A stretch of DNA of 64,000 nucleotides. It comes from Octopus vulgaris. Taxonomy: Eukaryota. The position numbers were made by a program, and so were the translations under genes. The notes beneath the pieces are model-generated. The model was not told where the DNA came from. It was given only the letters and a program-made list of their open reading frames with translations, and did no database searches. Location of the stretch: positions 29,140,001 through 29,204,000 of the forward strand of contig OX597836.1 in the NCBI GenBank assembly GCA_951406725.2. The letters run 5' to 3'. This document shows, piece by piece, positions 36,978-48,927 of the stretch (positions are counted from its first letter, which is position 1; each line of letters begins with the position of its first letter).

Positions 36978-37084
36978 TATATATATATATATATTGATGC
37001 TGTGTTGTGCAAGGTACTACTATGTGTAAAGTACCATTAAACTAGTCTGGAGGCTGCAGGAATTTGAAGTTCCTGTTTGTAGAC

Positions 37085-37239
37085 CAAGGGTGGACTGAGC
37101 CATTGGTCACTTGGGCACTGCCCGAAGGCCTGGAGCTCTGAGGGGCCTGCACTCTACATGTTCACTCTATTAAATCAGTGGTACAGGGTCTGGTATACAG
37201 TTATGCGCGAGGGCCCTTAATACTCTCAGTCTACCCCTG
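37085..37239. mobile_element. hAT-like MITE in FABP-A intron 3
   Basis: CAAGGGTGGACTGAG / CTCAGTCTACCCCTG TIRs; TSD TTGTAGAC / CTGTAGAC. Confidence 0.7.
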
Positions 37240-37377
37240 CTGTAGACCAATGTGGATTACAGCAGGTTTGGGACTGTCTGTGTCCAGAAAATCGATGTTG
37301 TAGCTGTATCTAGTTTTGTATTTGAAATATATAACTGAAAAGAGATGTGTTTCATTTTAATTTTCCGTTCTTTACAG

Positions 37378-37428
37378 ACAACAACTTGTAATGGAAAATC
37401 ATTGGTTTCAAATTTCAAAAGAGGATAA
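37378..37428 (+). CDS. FABP-like A, exon 4: TTTCNGKSLVSNFKRG*
   Basis: CTTTACAG acceptor at 37377; TAA at 37426-37428. Total CDS 417 nt = 138 aa. Confidence 0.88.
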   Translation, partial: TTTCNGKSLVSNFKRG

Positions 37429-37972
37429 GAATTAAGGAGAAAATGAAATTGGAAAAAAAAAACTCATTTGCAAACACCAACATAGTATAGAAATTTCTAA
37501 CCGGAGAGTTGACTAAAATAATCCATAATCCAAGTATTTTATCGACACATATTACAATAATCCGGAAAAATGAACGACAAAACCAGATCTGGCAGGATTT
37601 AAACTGGAAATAAAAAAATAATGGGACAAAATACTGCAAGACCATTTTGTCTGTTGTTTTGTTGATTCTAAAAACAAGAATAATTGTAATATCAACATCA
37701 TGTCACTTTGAATAAAAGAAGCAATTAAATTGTGAATTATACGAGTTTTTTTCAAATTTTATTTATATTATTTTGATTTTTCGTCTTCTTTGCTAACTAG
37801 AACAGTATTTATGAATTCAATTTATTTTAATTGTTAAAGATGAGAAGTTCTCTAACTCATTAAACTTTTCCATCTTCCTGTCTATCTAATCTACGGAAAC
37901 ATGGTGCAGTGTGTTCCATCCATTTCCCCAAAAATCACTGATTCTACCAAACCACTATCACCCTCACTTGAG

Positions 37973-39160
37973 GTGATGGTAGACAATGGACAATAAATTC
38001 ATGAGTTCAATCCTAACTAGAAGCTTTCTGTTATGTCCATCAATAACGCAGATAACTCCTCTTGCTTTAGTCCAGCAGATCTCAACCATTTTTTGCCCAT
38101 GGTCCCGTTTGAGTTCTATCTTACTCTACTGTGCCCCTCATAGTTATTCATCATCATCATCATCACCATCATCATCGTCATTATCAACATTTAATGCCTG
38201 TTTTCCATTAATATGATAAAGTCAAATGGTTGGAGAGCTAAAAACGAAACTATTAGTAAGGTTCTTTTTATGAAAGCCTACAGAAGGAAGAGCTAGCAGG
38301 GGATGACAGGCCAAGACTTATACCAAGAAGATTTTTGATGACAAACTGCGACCCCTCTGACCTGTTGCATATGGTGAACAATAGAACTGGATGATGATAG
38401 AAAGTCACAGGTATCTGTGCAAGCAGTGTGACTGGATGATGGAGATGAGATATGGTAGTGGTGGTCATGAACAGCTTCCTCTTTCAACATCTCTTATAAC
38501 TTCTCTCTCTCCCCTCTCCATTCCTCTCTCTCCTCTTCCTTCCTCTCTCCCCTCTACCCCTCTCACATCTTCTCTCTCTCACCCTCCCATCTTCTCTCTC
38601 CCCCTCTCATCTTCGCTCTCTCCCTCTTCCATCTTCTCTCTCTACCCTGCTCCCCTCTTTCTATCTGTACCACCCCCCTCCAATCAGTCTTCAGTTTCCA
38701 TTAGCATCCAACCTACCAAAGACCTTCTCTTCTACATCACTCCACAACAGTCTCTTTCTCTTAAGAACTCTAACTGAAGCACAAGTATTGTCCTTGACAT
38801 AAGAAAAAGCCTTCCACCATGTCTTGCATGAGGAATTCCCTACTCAAAGAATTCCTTGCTAATGGTCTCCATCACTCTGCCAAATATGCAGCCCAGTTTA
38901 ACACGACCACCTTGGCTTTGCAACTATTCAGACCATATTCTTGCTTCACTTCCTGCCAATTGTTTTCCTTACAGACATTAACTTCAAGATGTCCAGATTA
39001 GACATCAACCACATCAGTCTCGCTAATCTACAAAAGTTATGGGGCACTGTCCCAGTTTTCTGTTAGTCTGTTCCTTTGCATGATGCCCTACACAAACCAC
39101 TCTCTGATGCTCAGTCTATCAACTCTCCGGCATAATTGAAGGTTTCAATGTTTCACGCCT

Positions 39161-39193
<33 letters not shown>

Positions 39194-39213
39194 AACTACT
39201 ACTGCTGCTGCTG

Positions 39214-39268
<55 letters not shown>

Positions 39269-39810
39269 AACAACAACTGCTGCTGCTGCTGCCGCCACCA
39301 CCACCACTACTACTACTACAAACAAAACCACCACCATCACCACCACCACAACAGAAGTGACCTCCTAAAACCATGGTGCCATGTAAAAAACATTGGTGTG
39401 GGTGCTGGTGGCATGTAAAAAGCACTGGTGATGGTGCCATGCAAGAAACTCCCAGGACACTCCATGTAGTGGTTGGCATTAGGAAGGGCATCCAGCCAGA
39501 GAAACCAAACCATAACAGACTATGGAACCTGGTGTGGTGCCTGGCCCTGCCAGTTCCTGTCATGCTCTCCAATCCATGCCAGCATGGAAAACAGACATTA
39601 GATGTTGATAATGATGATGATGATGATGATAATGAATAACTATGAGGGGCACAGTAGAGTAAGATAGAACTCAAACGGGACCATGGGCCAAAAATGGTTG
39701 AGATCCGCTGGACTAAAGCAAGGGGAGTTATCTGTGTTATTGATGGACATAACAGAAAGCTTCTAGTTAGGATTGAACTCATGAATTTATTGTCCATTGC
39801 CTACCATCAC
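37973..39810. repeat. Inverted repeat with arms 37973-38208 and 39584-39810, between the 3' ends of the two FABP-like genes
   Basis: About 5 mismatches in the ~178-nt unique part; ORFs 37986(+) and 39797(-) translate almost identically. Confidence 0.9.
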
Positions 39811-39819
39811 TTAAGCTCG

Positions 39820-40207
39820 CAGCTGTTGTGCATAATATTTTATATAACTCTGAGCACCTTTTCAAACTCCACCTGTGGACATGTTTACAAAGTCAGAAAA
39901 CAGCACAGCTCCCATGACTTTCAGAAACATTTTTTCACGCTAAGAGTTGCTGAAGCATGGAACAGACTGCCAGCATCAGTTGTTAGTTGTCTGAGCACTG
40001 CATCATTCAAAATTTCCATGCTTCCTGAGATTCGCCAACACTACACCTGATTTTCTCCCCTCCATACACACGCAAGCATGCATCTGACTCATACACTGTT
40101 CGCTGTCCAGACATTTGTACATTACTGCATATGCTTTATATGCACTTTGACAAGTTGTGGTGCACCTGAGCACTGTATACAATAATTTCATTATATATTA
40201 TATTATA
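39820..40207 (+). mobile_element. CR1-type LINE 3' fragment with (TATTA)n-like tail
   Basis: HFFTLRVAEAWNRLPASVV..STASFK is the characteristic CR1 C-terminal motif (FF.xRV...WN.LP..VV). Confidence 0.8.
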
Positions 40208-40559
40208 TTTGATTTATAGTTTTATTCTTAATCGATGATGTGCAAACAAATGTAAAGAGGTGCATTTTATAATGTAGAATTATTTGCAGATGATAGATCA
40301 TTTTCATCATTTATTAACATCTATTTTTCCATGCTTGCATGGGTCAGATGGAAATAGTTGAGGCAGATTTCCTAGAAGACTGAATGCTTTCCCTGTCACC
40401 AACCTTCATCTGTTTCCAGGTAGGACATTATTTACACATGACCAGACATATTTTTACTGCAGGCTGGAAACAATAGAGTCTGCCTATATGATGGTGAGAA
40501 GGAGACACAAGCACACACACAAACACATATACACATGTACATACACATACATGGCTCGG

Positions 40560-40887
40560 CTTCACAAACGAAGATCAGGAAGGCTGTCCATGTCGTGTGC
40601 ATGCACGCTCATGACTAACAAGTCAGATATGGGAAAGGTAGGTCCGTGAGCAGTGTCCACAGACGAAGGTAACATCCAGTGTGGTGTCAGAGGTGGCTCA
40701 CGCCTTCCTCCTGCGTCTCTTGTCTTTAAGTGTGTCTCTTCTGTATTCCTCAAACTTGCTGACTGCGTTGAAGATTGTGTGGCGCCAGACATCACGGTCC
40801 GCAGCCAGGTCTGACAAGCATTGGTGGTTAATTTGACATGCTGTTAGAGACTTCATGAGGCAGTCTTTGTAGCGCTTCCTCGGAGCT
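40560..40887 (-). mobile_element. RTE (BovB-like) LINE 3' fragment
   Basis: APRKRYKDCL.KSL..C.I......LAADRDVWR...AVSKFEE is typical of the RTE-BovB C-terminus. Confidence 0.75.
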
Positions 40888-41779
40888 ACACATACATACA
40901 GGCATACAAATATATATGCATACACACACACACACATACATACATATTTTAGAAGTTATTTCATGTTAAAGTTGTTGTATTTGGTTTATTTTGCAGACTT
41001 ATAGCTCTATAGGTCTTTTAAACACTGGTGTGCTTTATGTGCAGATAAAACACCGATGTTGGGCAAACGAATAAAAATATGCAAATAATATTTGTTCCTT
41101 GTTGATGTTGATTCTTCAGTGTTTACTGGTTACTCTGATGCAAGAACCCCCCCCCAAAAAAAAAGCATGTAATATGCAACACAGACAGTAAACAATAAAT
41201 AACATAGAACAGAGTGGTGACATTTAGTAGAGATGACCTGGAAGTTGTTCGTCCTCGATTACTATCGCAAACAGCAGTAACTTTCTTCAACTGAAAGCAC
41301 GTCGTTGATTGGTTGAAATTATCCAAATATGAAAACTTTAACATGAAATAATTTCTAAAATGCCGAATTTTGTCAAAACTGTTCAAAGTAAACAATGTTC
41401 TGCATGAGACATTCCACCAATATACAAAGTTTCAAACTGTTTAGTTAGAAGGAAATTAATTAATAAATCTGTGAGCCAAACTGAATAGATCCGACTCGTC
41501 CAGTCCACTGACAGTTACATGCAGGGATGTCAGTTCATTCCACAATGCAATTATAAGCTGGTTAAAATAGCCTGTTCTACTGAGAATGAATCTGAAATGC
41601 ATGAAATGAAATTTTAGCAAAAGCCGGATAGATTTTCATAATAGATGCTATTGCATTGCATTCATCTTCATCATTACTTCATCAGTACTTTGAATCCATG
41701 CTGCTAAACATTTCTTGTCACAGTTGACTACTTGAGTTTCAGAATGCAGTCGCAATGTGAAGACAATATGGAAGCTCAT

Positions 41780-42012
41780 AATGGAAAAAAAGTTTTGTGT
41801 TAAACTGGGTGAAAATGCCACAGAAACCTATGAAATGCTCCAGACCGCTTATGGATTAAATTGTATGAGCTGAGCATCTGTTTTTCAGTGGTACAAGAGA
41901 CCAGGCTCTGTAAGTTCACTGGGAAGTTAACGATCCACTGGGTCCCCTCAGGCCTGACAGTCAACAAAGAGTGCTTTGTGGAGGTTTTGAGGGAGTTCAG
42001 GAAGAGATTTTT
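41780..42012 (+). mobile_element. Internally deleted mariner transposase remnant
   Basis: KFCVKLGENATETYEMLQTAYG...VFQWYKR (N-terminal HTH) joined to HWVPSGLTVNKECFVEVLREFRKR (catalytic region). Confidence 0.7.
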
Positions 42013-42337
42013 TCATGCAAGGCCCAAGCACCTGAACCAGTCTGCAATTCCATCCTGGTAACTAACCACTTGACAGAAACCACTGCAGTGTGATGTAGAG
42101 GAGAAAGTCTTTGGTAGATTGGATGCTAATGGAAACTGAAGACTGACAAAGATAGACAGATAGATAATTTTCTTTATGGGCCACACAGGGCTGAATACAG
42201 AGGGGACAAATACAAATGTTGAGCTTTTCTTTTCGAAGATGGAAAAAGAAAAAAGGAATGAAAAAGGAAACAAATGTAAAATTCCGATCAAAAGGGATCG
42301 GGGGAAAGAAAAAAAAGCAATCAAAAGGGATTGTGTT

Positions 42338-42403
<66 letters not shown>

Positions 42404-42644
42404 CAGATAGAGAGAGAGTGAGGGAGAGAGAGAGGTTATATAAGATATTGAAGGAAAAAGTTATTCATGACCATCTCTATTGTATTAATAGGTGAAGGTG
42501 ATGATAGAGGTTTGGTAGTTGGAAGAATCTGTGATTTTGGGATGGAAGATGCTGCACCATGTTTCCATAGATTGGCACTGACAGGAAGACAGAAAAGTTT
42601 AATGAGTAAGAGAACTTCAAGCTGCTAACAATTAAAACAAGAGC

Positions 42645-43280
42645 ACTCAGAGAGCACAAACCTCCGCCAAGGCAACATCAACGTCCTCTCAATGATTAAC
42701 CAGGGATGACTTTTAAAATGAGAATATCTGAAATAAACTCGACTGCTCTCACAAATGAGACTATTAAAAATGAACTCAACTGCTCTCAAAAATTAAGTAA
42801 AAAAAACAGGGAAAATAATTCAGAATCTTTGTCTGGTACTGGATCGATCCCAAAGTCTAATCAGTTCATGCCAGTCAAGAGGCCAAACATTGCCGAAAGT
42901 TTCATCCGAATCCATCCAGCGGTTCTTGAGATAACTTGTCCACAGACAAATAAACAAACACAACTGAAAAACAATACCTCCACCTTCGCTAAGGCAGAGG
43001 TAATGAATTAAGGGAAATAACTCAAATGGAGTCAATAACATGAATTTACAATTATGGAGTTATAAAAAGCTATGATTAATATTTTGATAAATGAATAATC
43101 CAGAATCCTGGTCTGGCACCAGAACAATCCCAAAAATCTAATCAGTTCATGCCAGTCAAGAGGCCAAACATCTCTGAAAGTTTCCTCTGAATCCATCCAG
43201 TGGTTCTTGAGATATCTTGTCCATGGACAAACAAGTACAACTGAAAACAATACCTCTGCCTTCGCTATGGCGAAGGAAAT
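42645..43280 (-). mobile_element. Helentron-associated (DINE/HINE-like) non-autonomous element plus a partial tandem copy
   Basis: Minus strand begins ATTACCTCTGCCTTAGCGAAGGTGGAGGT, has GTTTGT microrepeats and ends GGCGGAGGTTTGTGCTCTCTGAGTGCTCTTGTT; second copy at about 43090-43280. Confidence 0.6.
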
Positions 43281-43619
43281 AAAAGAAATTTATAAATGCC
43301 ATTCTAGTCAGTAAACAAGAAGAAAAGTTAAAACAATGTAAAGAAAGAAAATAAACAAAAGCCTATATAATTAAACAATATAATTGTTTGTTTTTTTATT
43401 TAAGAAGACTTGATGTTAATATTACAATTGTTATTGTTGATGTTGTTAGAAGCAACAGAACAGCTAACAAAATGGTTTTACAGTATTTAATTCCATTATT
43501 TTCTCTTTCTAATTTAAATCCAGCCAAATCTGATTTTGTCTTCCAGTCTTCCAGTTTATTACAATATGTATCAGCAAAATACTTGGGTTATTTTAATCAA
43601 CCCTCCAGTTAGGAATTCC

Positions 43620-43667
<48 letters not shown>

Positions 43668-43722
43668 GTTGTTAGATTCGCAAGTGCATTTTTTGCAAAT
43701 TTCATTTTCTTCTTAATTTTCA

Positions 43723-43770
43723 TTACTTTTTGAATTTTGAAACCATTGTCTGTCCATCACAAGTCGTTGT
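43723..43770 (-). CDS. FABP-like paralogue B, exon 4: TTTCDGQTMVSKFKK*
   Basis: Minus-strand TTTACAG acceptor ending at 43771; TAA at 43725-43723; 3' UTR (about 43350-43720) is homologous to A's 3' UTR. Confidence 0.88.
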   Translation of the reverse strand, partial: TTTCDGQTMVSKFKK

Positions 43771-45026
43771 CTGTAAATAACAGAAAATTAAAATGAAATA
43801 CACCTATTTTCTTTTACATATTTCAAATACAAAACTGTACATATATAAATGTGTTTTTTTTTCCAATTTCATTTTCTCCTTAATTCTTATCCTCTTTTGA
43901 AATTTGAAACCAATGATTTTCCACACACACAAATATATGACTTTGTTTACATATAAATATGATCATTATTTTAAAAAAACAGGGAAATTTAGGATCCTGC
44001 CTATTTCATTAAACTCCCAAGCAATATCACAGAAGCAAAACAGTTTAAACTAAGAATAAATATTAGAGTGCTCCATTCGTATGTAATTTTCATATCCATT
44101 ATTTAACCTTCTATATAATAATCTGCTTGTTCGTTTGCCTGTTATACTTTAGTTAATTAGAGGTAGAGATGTAGTGAGAGAGAGAGAGGGGGGAAGAGTG
44201 TTAGTAGAGAAGAAAGAAGAGAAAGATGTATAATAAGAGTCAAATAAGTCACATGGTTAGTTGAAGAGAGAGGTGAAGAGCAAGAGAAAAGAAAGGGTGG
44301 TGAGAGAAAAGAGGGAGAGAGAAGTGTTAACAACATGCTGTAGGGTGAGGAGGGAAAGGTAAAGAGAAAAAGATATGTTTAGGATACAATGTTTAGCAGA
44401 AGGTGATGTTCTGGTGGTGAGGTTAAAGAAAGGCAGATAAAGAGAGATGGACAGGGGAGGCAGTTATGTTAAGAGAGAAAGAAAAAAGCAGATAGTGTTT
44501 GAATTGTTAAAGTAGAGATACAGTGATATCAAGAAAAAGTAGATATAAACAAACAGCTAGACTGAAATGAAATGAAATGAGCTTTGCTACTGAAAACTAT
44601 AATGATGATAATGGTGGTGGTTGTGGTGGTGTGTTGATAGTGAGAAGTACTTCTTTTTTATTGAACTAAATCTATAATATTCTTCTACCTACTCGTTAGC
44701 ATTTTATGGTTTAGTTCGTTAAAAAGGAGGAGGAGGTGAAGTGAAAGAGAGGAAGAAGGAATATGAGAGTGTGTGAGACAGCCAGCCGATGCATTATGCT
44801 GTCACTCATGTGGTTGGTGGAAGTGAGAGATAAAGGGAAAGAGAGAAATGTCTAAGACATGAAGAGGGGAATTACATAGTTAAAAAAGTTTTTTGAGGAA
44901 GTAGAGAGAAAGAGAGAAATATAAGATGCTTAGCAGAAGGAAATTTTGAAAATCAAATGATATATTACTGTGACTGGAAGTGAAATAACTAAGCAAAATA
45001 AAAATAAAAATGCAAATCATCCTTTC

Positions 45027-45357
45027 GGTGTTGCTTCAGGATATGATCTACAAGGGAGATAACTTTAGTTTAATTTTGAATTTCTAAAAACTCATAAGAT
45101 GTTGGCTAAAGATTTTTACAATGTGATCAGCAATGAGACAAAGGCAGTTGCATTTTTACAAGAAACCAGCACTAAATTCACATCATTTCTTAAGAAAAAA
45201 GAAAGGCGCCTTCTGGCATGTGATCTACAATTTAAATTGAGATTACTTTAGGTTATGAGATTGAAGTAACCGGTAGCTGGACAGTACAAAACAGAGCTGG
45301 TTGACTAATAGGGCAGTGGAGTTATCTCCCTTGTAGATCACATGCCAAAGCAGCACC
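45027..45357 (+). mobile_element. Older Merlin-like element (GG termini, ~40-bp imperfect TIRs, degenerate 8-bp TSD) with a possible transposase N-terminal stub
   Basis: GGTGTTGCTTCAGGATATGATCTACAAGGGAGATAACT / AGTTATCTCCCTTGTAGATCACATGCCAAAGCAGCACC; flanks ATCCTTTC / ATTCTCTC; ATG at 45099 gives MLAKDFYNVISNETKAVAFLQE. Confidence 0.6.
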
Positions 45358-46134
45358 ATTCTCTCTTTCTTAATTAGCTTCTCTTAATCTCTTTCATTCT
45401 GTAGAATTTCCACGGATCCTACAAGTATTCAGATTAATCTGTCAAATGTAATGCTAATTTATCCATGCTGTTTTGAATTAGTCATGCAGTATCTCATAGC
45501 TTCAAGATTTTGATGAAGTGGTTGCTTATTTTTAGAATGACTTTGCAGGGTAGATGCGAGAGGCCAGATCTGTCCAGTTTGGACATAAAACAGGTAGATA
45601 TGGCTGGTTTCAATGTTAATGGATCAATCATGTTCACTTTCTTCAAACTCAAATAACAGTTTTTTTTCAACAATCAAAAGACAAAACATATTTAGCACAG
45701 AACATGAATACCAACCTAAAAAGGCTAATGGCTGAGATGAAAACTGAAATTATATAACTTTAAACACAATTCAAAACCTTCTGATTGACATACTCTGTTG
45801 TTAGTTCATGTGAAACTTGCATGATTTGATTGTAGCTTACTCATGATTGCTAAATGATAATTTTGTGGTTGGGGTTCAAATCCCTACAGGTTGGAGTAGA
45901 GTAAGTTCTTGTTTTAGAGGAGCTTCATGGCCACTCACATTTAGGAAGGAGAATGAGAATGAATTAATGGAGTATAGGTATCTCCAAGGAGACAGACAAT
46001 AGTGGTGAAGCGACCAGATGATATCTGTGTTTGTGTTTATTCCCTCCTCTACCACTTGATAACCAATGTTTGTTTGTTTACATCCCAGTAACTTGGTAGT
46101 TCAGCAAAAGAGACTGATAGAACAAGTACCAAGT

Positions 46135-46363
46135 TTAACCCTTTGGTATTCAGATCACTCTGTCAAATGTAATGCTTATTTATTTCATATAATTTTCAAT
46201 TAACCCTGCATTATCATGTGGCTTTGAGATTTCAATGCTGTGATTATTTGTTTTCAGAATAACATTGTAGGGTAGGTGTGAGAGGCCAGATATAGCCAGT
46301 TTGAACATAAAACAAATAGAATATTTGGGCTGGATATGACTGGTTTAAATGCTAAAGAGTTAA
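46135..46363. mobile_element. piggyBac-like MITE (TTAA-CCCT ends); related pieces at about 12175-12480, 45420-45620 and 49590-49933
   Basis: TTAACCCTTTGGTATTCAGA ... TAAATGCTAAAGAGTTAA. Confidence 0.6.
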
Positions 46364-46471
46364 AAAGAAAATATTGGGGCTGATTCATTCAAATGAAACC
46401 TTTCCAGACATAGCCCCAGCATGGCCACAGTCCAATGAAACAAATAATAGAGAAGAGGTAAAAATACTCAC

Positions 46472-46579
46472 CACTATCAATGTATCTCCAACAACTTCTC
46501 GGACACTCTCAATCGTTGCTTGATTATAGTAGTTAGTGCATTTATCGTACCATTTGCCATCTTCAACTTTACAAACCAA
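46472..46579 (-). CDS. FABP-like B, exon 3: LVCKVEDGKWYDKCTNYYNQATIESVREVVGDTLIV
   Basis: Minus-strand TTTTCCAG acceptor (46580) and GTGAGT donor (46471); 108 nt; 25 of 36 aa identical to A. Confidence 0.9.
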
Positions 46580-47144
46580 CTGGAAAATACAATGACAGAA
46601 TTTAAGGAAACAATACTTTCTGTAGGGAAATAGGAGGGGAAAAATGGAAATGGTAATTAAGAGCCTCATATAGAAGTACAAAACCTGAAATTGGTGGGAG
46701 ATACCATTGGCCCCAATGTCTGACTGGTATGTTATTTTATTCGTTCTAAAGGGATAAAAGGAAAAGTTGACATCGGTGGAATTTGAACTTAGAATGTAAA
46801 GAGTCAAAAAAGATGCAACAAAGCATTTTGAATGGCATCCTACAATTCCACCAAGCAATCACCTTCAGAAAGAAATCGTGTGTGTGTAGAGAAAGGCAAT
46901 ATTAAGAATGAAGGATGGCACATCAAGTGAAAGTATTTGAGGTAGTGATATATGGTAAGTAATGTCAGTGGAAAGTTTGTGAAGTATGCAGTTCAGCTCA
47001 TGTTTAATCACAACAGCAGAATACTGCAGTTAGGCTGGTAATAGAGGTGGGGGATCAGTGATAGAGAAATAATGGGTGGTAGGATGGCTTGAGGAGGAAA
47101 CAGGGTGAAGGGCCCAGTTGGGCATATATCTGTCTGTCTATCTA

Positions 47145-47186
<42 letters not shown>

Positions 47187-47289
47187 ACACACATGTATAT
47201 ACACATCTAAGTAAAAAAAGCACTTGTATATTTGTCAGTAGAGTCAGTATATTAATCAAAGTGTACACTATCATGTATTAATTATGGCT

Positions 47290-48620
47290 GATTTCTCTAT
47301 GCTGAACCCCTCCTCCATGAAGTTCAAGGTCCTGAGATCAGCCCTCACCACTTCATTCCATGTTTTCTTGGGTTTCCCTCTTCCAGCCTCATTAAGTGAT
47401 TTGTGCTTCTTTATAGGCTGATCCACATGCATCACATATCCATACTGTTGCAGTTTTCTTATGTGCACATTACATCTAATTCCTCTTGCGTCCAGTTTCC
47501 TCTCTCATCACATTTATACTTTGTTGCTCCAACAAAGCAAACTTGCTTCATTTCTTTTCAATTTTCTCAAGTCCTCTGCCCTCAAAGACCATGTCTGACT
47601 ACCATGAAGTAACACAGTTCTAACACAAGTATCATACAATCTGTCCTTCACGCTGAATAAGAAAACCTTTGGTATTAGTAGCAGTAATAGCTTCCTGAAC
47701 TTTTATAGTCGATTCTAACACTAAGTACTATCTTTTCAGGGAAACCACCTTCTCTGCTAATTACACCAATCAACTATTTCTTATTCTCCATTTAAGAGAA
47801 TCTATTTCCAGTGTGCTCATTGTACTTATTGCTTCAGCGCATCTGTCACATTCAAACCTTGCTTTCTCTGTTAGTCCACCTGTGATTCCACTACACCCTT
47901 TCTTTGTCCTTAGCTTACATTGGATACAGCATCTGGACTTCATACCTATACTGCTTCTGTATATCAAGTAAGACCACTTTCATGATGGTGTCAGTCTCCT
48001 GTCTTCTGTCCTAATTACAAACATTTCTGTCATACTTAGCAAAGTTTACCTTGAAGACTTTTGAGTTCAGGTTTAGTTTCCATGCTTGGAATTTCCTCTC
48101 TAATTCCACTATAGATTTAGCTGTAAGAACTACAAGAATTCCCATGGACAGCCAGTTTTAAACTCCTCTGTAATGGCCTCTATGACTGATGAATAGATGA
48201 CTCAGTCTTGATGGACACCTACATCATCATCATCATCATCATTGTTTAGCGTCCGCTTTTCATACTAGCATGGGTTAGACGGTTCAACTGGAGTCTGGGA
48301 AGCCAGAAGGCTGCACCAGGCCCAGTCTGATCTGGCAATGTTTCTACGGCTGGATGCCCTTCCTAACGCCAACCACTCCGAGAGTGTAGTGGGTGCTTTT
48401 TGCGAGCCACTGGCACAGGTGCCAGACGAGGCTAGCAAACGGCCACGATCGGATGGTGCTTTTTACGTGCCACTGACATGAGGCCAGTTGGCACGAGGCA
48501 TGATAAATCCATCACTGAATTTGTCAGTGAGTCTCACTTTATTTACGGCATATTTGCACATAGCTTGTACAGCCCTCACAATCCATTCATCCACACATAG
48601 TTTCCTCAGGGGGTCATTAA
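47290..48620 (-). mobile_element. Old, frameshifted RTE-type LINE remnant in FABP-B intron 2, interrupted by a SINE
   Basis: GRGKPKKTWNEVVRADL and Cys-rich (CIQCK...CSGI.G.L...F.C.RC) fragments in ORFs 47271 and 47770. Confidence 0.6.
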
Positions 48621-48745
48621 AATGGTTTCCTCTCAGCTAAGTAATTCTCCTGCAGTTGTTTTATAAGGAAGTTTACATTCGTGTGCATGAGAGGAATAAA
48701 TAAAAAGGAAACAAATAATATAAGGTACCAAAAAAATTAACTCAC

Positions 48746-48927
48746 AGTAAATTTTTGTCCAAAGTTATCTGTATCAGTGAAAGTTTCATTCATCTTGAAA
48801 TTATATGTTTTATTTAAACTAGGATCTTCTACGTAGCCCGTAATTGCTTTAAACAGCTCGCCATCTTCTTTCAATTCAAAAAATCCTCTATATTTTAAAA
48901 TTTTTTCTGCTGTTTCTTTTGGAACCC
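48746..48927 (-). CDS. FABP-like B, exon 2: (G)VPKETAEKILKYRGFFELKEDGELFKAITGYVEDPSLNKTYNFKMNETFTDTDNFGQKFT
   Basis: Minus-strand TTTTACAG acceptor (48928) and GTGAGT donor (48745); 182 nt; 35 of 61 aa identical to A. Confidence 0.9.

Noticed and set aside
37986-39797. Duplicated ORF MDNKFMSSILTRSFLL... on both strands as a gene pair
   Set aside because: It only reflects the inverted repeat, runs into microsatellite and SINE sequence, and has no recognisable domain.
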